From assembly GCF_964204645.1 (NCBI RefSeq), contig NC_134026.1, forward strand, positions 15,100,150 to 15,164,149: a DNA stretch of 64,000 nt. The letters are read 5' to 3'. The translations under genes and the position numbers were made by a program. The DNA comes from Tubulanus polymorphus. Its lineage: Eukaryota; Animalia; Nemertea. Below, piece after piece: positions 60,930 to 64,000 of the stretch. How positions within the stretch are numbered: position 1 is the stretch's first letter; the number at the start of each line of letters is the position of its first letter. The notes below the pieces were generated by a model. That model was not told the origin of the DNA. It saw only the letters and a list, made by a program, of their open reading frames with translations, and searched no databases.

Positions 60930-61356
60930 TGATGATCGATTGCCTCTAAGATGTCTTCTCTCCAAAAATCAAACTAACGACCAGGCAATCTCATAGGATC
61001 TACTGCTGACAACTGTCCTGGTGGCTGCCAAAAATTGAACTCCCTCTCTCTACTTGTTCCCCAACTTAACTACTATCTCCCTCTACCAAGTTTCAATTGC
61101 GTGATCTCTCCCTACCAAATTTAGTGTGGTTTCTACAGAATCTGCAGCCTCCATCAACCACTCTCCGCCTAGAAATATATTCCCAACCACCAACACTACA
61201 TACCAAGTTTCTGAATCATGTTTTCTGAACTATTCCCTTAGACTAAGATATTTCTTGTTTGCTTCGTTAAACCCAACTGTTCCCATTAAATCATTATTTT
61301 TTCCCAGACGTTACTAATATTTATTTCATTATTTGGTTAACCCTAGTCAACTATCA
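60930..61356 (-). repeat. Probable 3' LTR of an env-bearing LTR retrotransposon
   Basis: TGAT...ATCA ends; PPT GCCTGGGGGGA directly upstream on minus; abrupt end of Polinton sequence at the left boundary (+/-3 bp). Confidence 0.6.
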
Positions 61357-62803
61357 TCCCCCCAGGCTTAATTTTTTTCGCCCCGAAAAACAAATGGCAA
61401 CCATCCAGACATGAACTTTATTCAACCAGATTAAATATAAGATAAAACAATATACAAACAATACAATACAGATACGACAGCATTCTTAAGGAATTTAATT
61501 TAACATAATAATCATCAGTAGTTTATATTATCATAATTAATATCATCATTCATTTATCATTATACATGGCAATTTATTTATTCATTGAACTAATTTTATT
61601 CATTAATGCATTATTAAATATGTAAAAAATTTTTTTTTCCATGATTCTATTTTCACTTCCGCAGCAGTTCAGCATACAACGCGCAAAACAAAAGTTGATC
61701 ATTTATGTACGATAATTGAATGCACAACAAGTTCAATCAAGTCATTTAATTAACAAGAAAGTGTCGAAGCATGAATCGGTACCACTCACACACAATAACG
61801 CACCCATTTAGATGGCGAATCAGAATCTTCTCGAATAACGGCGGCTCTCGCGTCGACAAACGGTCTCCATTCAAAAGCATCAAATCAAATAACCGTACAA
61901 ATGCCATGAGTACACAACAAAATACGATAAAAGACGTACCATAAGGTATACGACATGCCACAGACGAACACTAATCAATTCGATTACAGCGCAAACGATG
62001 ACGAAGCGGTTTTCTTTTCTTTTCCGAACGAACAACTGACAGCTAATAATACAGAATGATGGCCATAGGTGTTAACGAACAAGCTAGTACAGTCTCATAG
62101 CTCGTTTCGGTTTTATTTTTCGAATGGACCATACTACGATCCTGAATATAATTATCTTTCACACCGTCCATAATATGCGTGACTTCCAGGGATCGCAAGA
62201 ACGACGGCACCATATTGAGAATCACTCTCCAGAACGATTCAGCAGCGGTATAACGGAACAAGCGACCGAACGCTCGACAATCTGCACGAACAGCGAATTG
62301 GGCGAAGTCCGAACAACGGCATTCAGATCCAGGATACGGACGATCGCGCTAAGTTGAGGTCACGTAAAGCGAATCCGGCGACTGCAAGTATATGTGAAGA
62401 TGGCGACGGCTACGGTCTCACGACGATCTCGAAACAGTACAGTTCATTCCCGATGAGTTCGACTCTGGCCGGAACGAAAGTGACATGGAACAACCCAAAC
62501 AAAACTAAGCAATCAAACCCAAAACACTCCCCATGGTTTTGCAGATAAAGATAGCATAGCAATAATATATGAGATTTTCAGTAAATAGATAAGGTACAAT
62601 TCACTCCCAATGCTAAACCAAAAGATCCCGATAAATGATAATTATGCAACGATATACGATATAACATACGTTATATAGTTCCAAATGAACGTAATATCTT
62701 TTATAAATAATAAAGGAATTTGCAATTTATGACTATAGAACCAAACGAACATAGCAACACGACTACATTCCAAATACGAATAATTTCATAAAATTTCCAA
62801 AAC

Positions 62804-64000
62804 TTAAGGCTGATAAAGTGACAAGTCCGGATAAAGACCTGACCTCCCACCTGGTCTCCCAGCTAAACTAGATGCATCAATATTTCGAATCATGTCTTGA
62901 GAATATTGAATCTCATGAGGTATACCTTTATCTTCACTGATCGACAAAGGAACCAAAAGATCGTGATGTTTAACATATATCCGTAAAGTAAATGATGAGC
63001 TCATAATCAATCTTCCAATTCGCCTATATAGAGAAGGCTTGACCGGAATTTTATCCGGAAAATCAATAGCAATTCCATCATACTGAATTTTACAAGGTGT
63101 AACCCAATCAAGATTGATAAATAATTTAAAGAAATGAGAATTACAATGTAGCTTACGTAAAGCAGGGGATCCAAGTAAGGAAATACTGCCCGCACAGGCA
63201 TTAAGATCAATTAATGGAAGTAAGATACATTCATTCCAATCCGAAATCTCTAAAAGTAGTTGTGATTTACAACGTTGAACCATATTACGCCTGCCCCTTA
63301 GAAAGGTAAATAGGTATTTAATATCATAACACAGGAAATGCAACGCACAGTAGATAATAGCCAGAAGAACTATCGTGTCAACTAGAAAATTGGAATCGTC
63401 GTCAATTAGCGATTGAGCAACCCGCGAAGACTGTTCTAAAAATGAAATAGTCCGATTAGACTGTATAACCGTTGCCCCAGCAAGTGGTGCTGCATGAGCT
63501 GCACCCAAGGCTGCAACCGGAAAAATACCCCCTGGATTATACCGTATCATGAAGAAAATATAAACTGACATAGCAAGCGCCGCTATGCTCAGAATAGTAG
63601 GAACCGATATAATGCCTATAGACGATGGAGATGAAAATATATGTCGCAAATTATCTTTAGCTAGTTCATTCTTTAACGCGTCGGCCTTTGAGGCGAACAA
63701 ATCTACATTAGACTTATGCGTTGAAGCCAATTTCTTAAGATCCGTTGAAAATTTAGCGTCCTTTGATGCTACCAAATCCCATGATTCTTTATTCAGTTTT
63801 AAGGGTGGAACCTCAACCATGGGCGCTTTCGATAACTCATTCCCCCTTATCTTTCTCAAATCTGCAGCATTAGAGAACAACGAATGCAGCACAGGTAAAT
63901 TTACTACATGCAAAACAGTTTTATCCTCCTTTCCAATATGACAACCTGTGAGTTTATAAGGGATCCGAAAAGATGACGCAATTATAGAGCAAAAACAAGG
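62804..64000 (-). CDS. Env-like membrane protein (C-terminal part) of an LTR retroelement; starts beyond the window
   Basis: Open frame >369 aa with a helical stretch and two hydrophobic TM-like segments (IISVPTILSIAALAMSVYIFF; TIVLLAIIYCALHFL), upstream of a long 3' UTR, PPT and LTR. Confidence 0.55.
   Translation of the reverse strand, partial: PCFCSIIASSFRIPYKLTGCHIGKEDKTVLHVVNLPVLHSLFSNAADLRKIRGNELSKAPMVEVPPLKLNKESWDLVASKDAKFSTDLKKLASTHKSNVDLFASKADALKNELAKDNLRHIFSSPSSIGIISVPTILSIAALAMSVYIFFMIRYNPGGIFPVAALGAAHAAPLAGATVIQSNRTISFLEQSSRVAQSLIDDDSNFLVDTIVLLAIIYCALHFLCYDIKYLFTFLRGRRNMVQRCKSQLLLEISDWNECILLPLIDLNACAGSISLLGSPALRKLHCNSHFFKLFINLDWVTPCKIQYDGIAIDFPDKIPVKPSLYRRIGRLIMSSSFTLRIYVKHHDLLVPLSISEDKGIPHEIQYSQDMIRNIDASSLAGRPGGRSGLYPDLSLYQP

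Overview
AT-rich eukaryotic DNA (most likely an invertebrate animal: TTAGGG repeats, spliceosomal introns) made almost entirely of nested mobile elements, with no intact host gene. The backbone is four decayed Polinton/Maverick (adintovirus-like) elements: A (<1-11052, minus), B (31585-34615, minus), C (34616-47311) and E (~48469-60929). Together they carry pPolB, integrase, packaging ATPase and probable capsid genes, and they share AGTAAT...ATTACT termini. Polinton A pPolB contains a LAGLIDADG intein at the YFD|TDS site, which is empty in C and E. The centre (14534-31584) is a head-to-tail chain of a two-ORF Penelope-like element (PLE; Neptune-type RT + GIY-YIG, ~6.26-kb unit). Its Pro-rich/SGNH-esterase ORF1 is joined to the ATG-less RT ORF by a candidate -1 frameshift signal (U_UUA_AAC, 7 nt, hairpin). 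Its coding region has five same-phase splice acceptors, and its 3' end is attached to a short (TTAGGG)n tract on a broken BEL/Pao element. Also present: a Jockey/I-group LINE inserted at the PLE start codon (15-bp TSD), two Helentron-type non-autonomous elements (one with a 31-bp satellite), an L2/CR1-group relic, BEL and env-bearing LTR fragments, Ulp1-protease and HECT-like gene relics, and small palindromes built from Polinton ends. All calls come from reading motifs by eye, without database searches.
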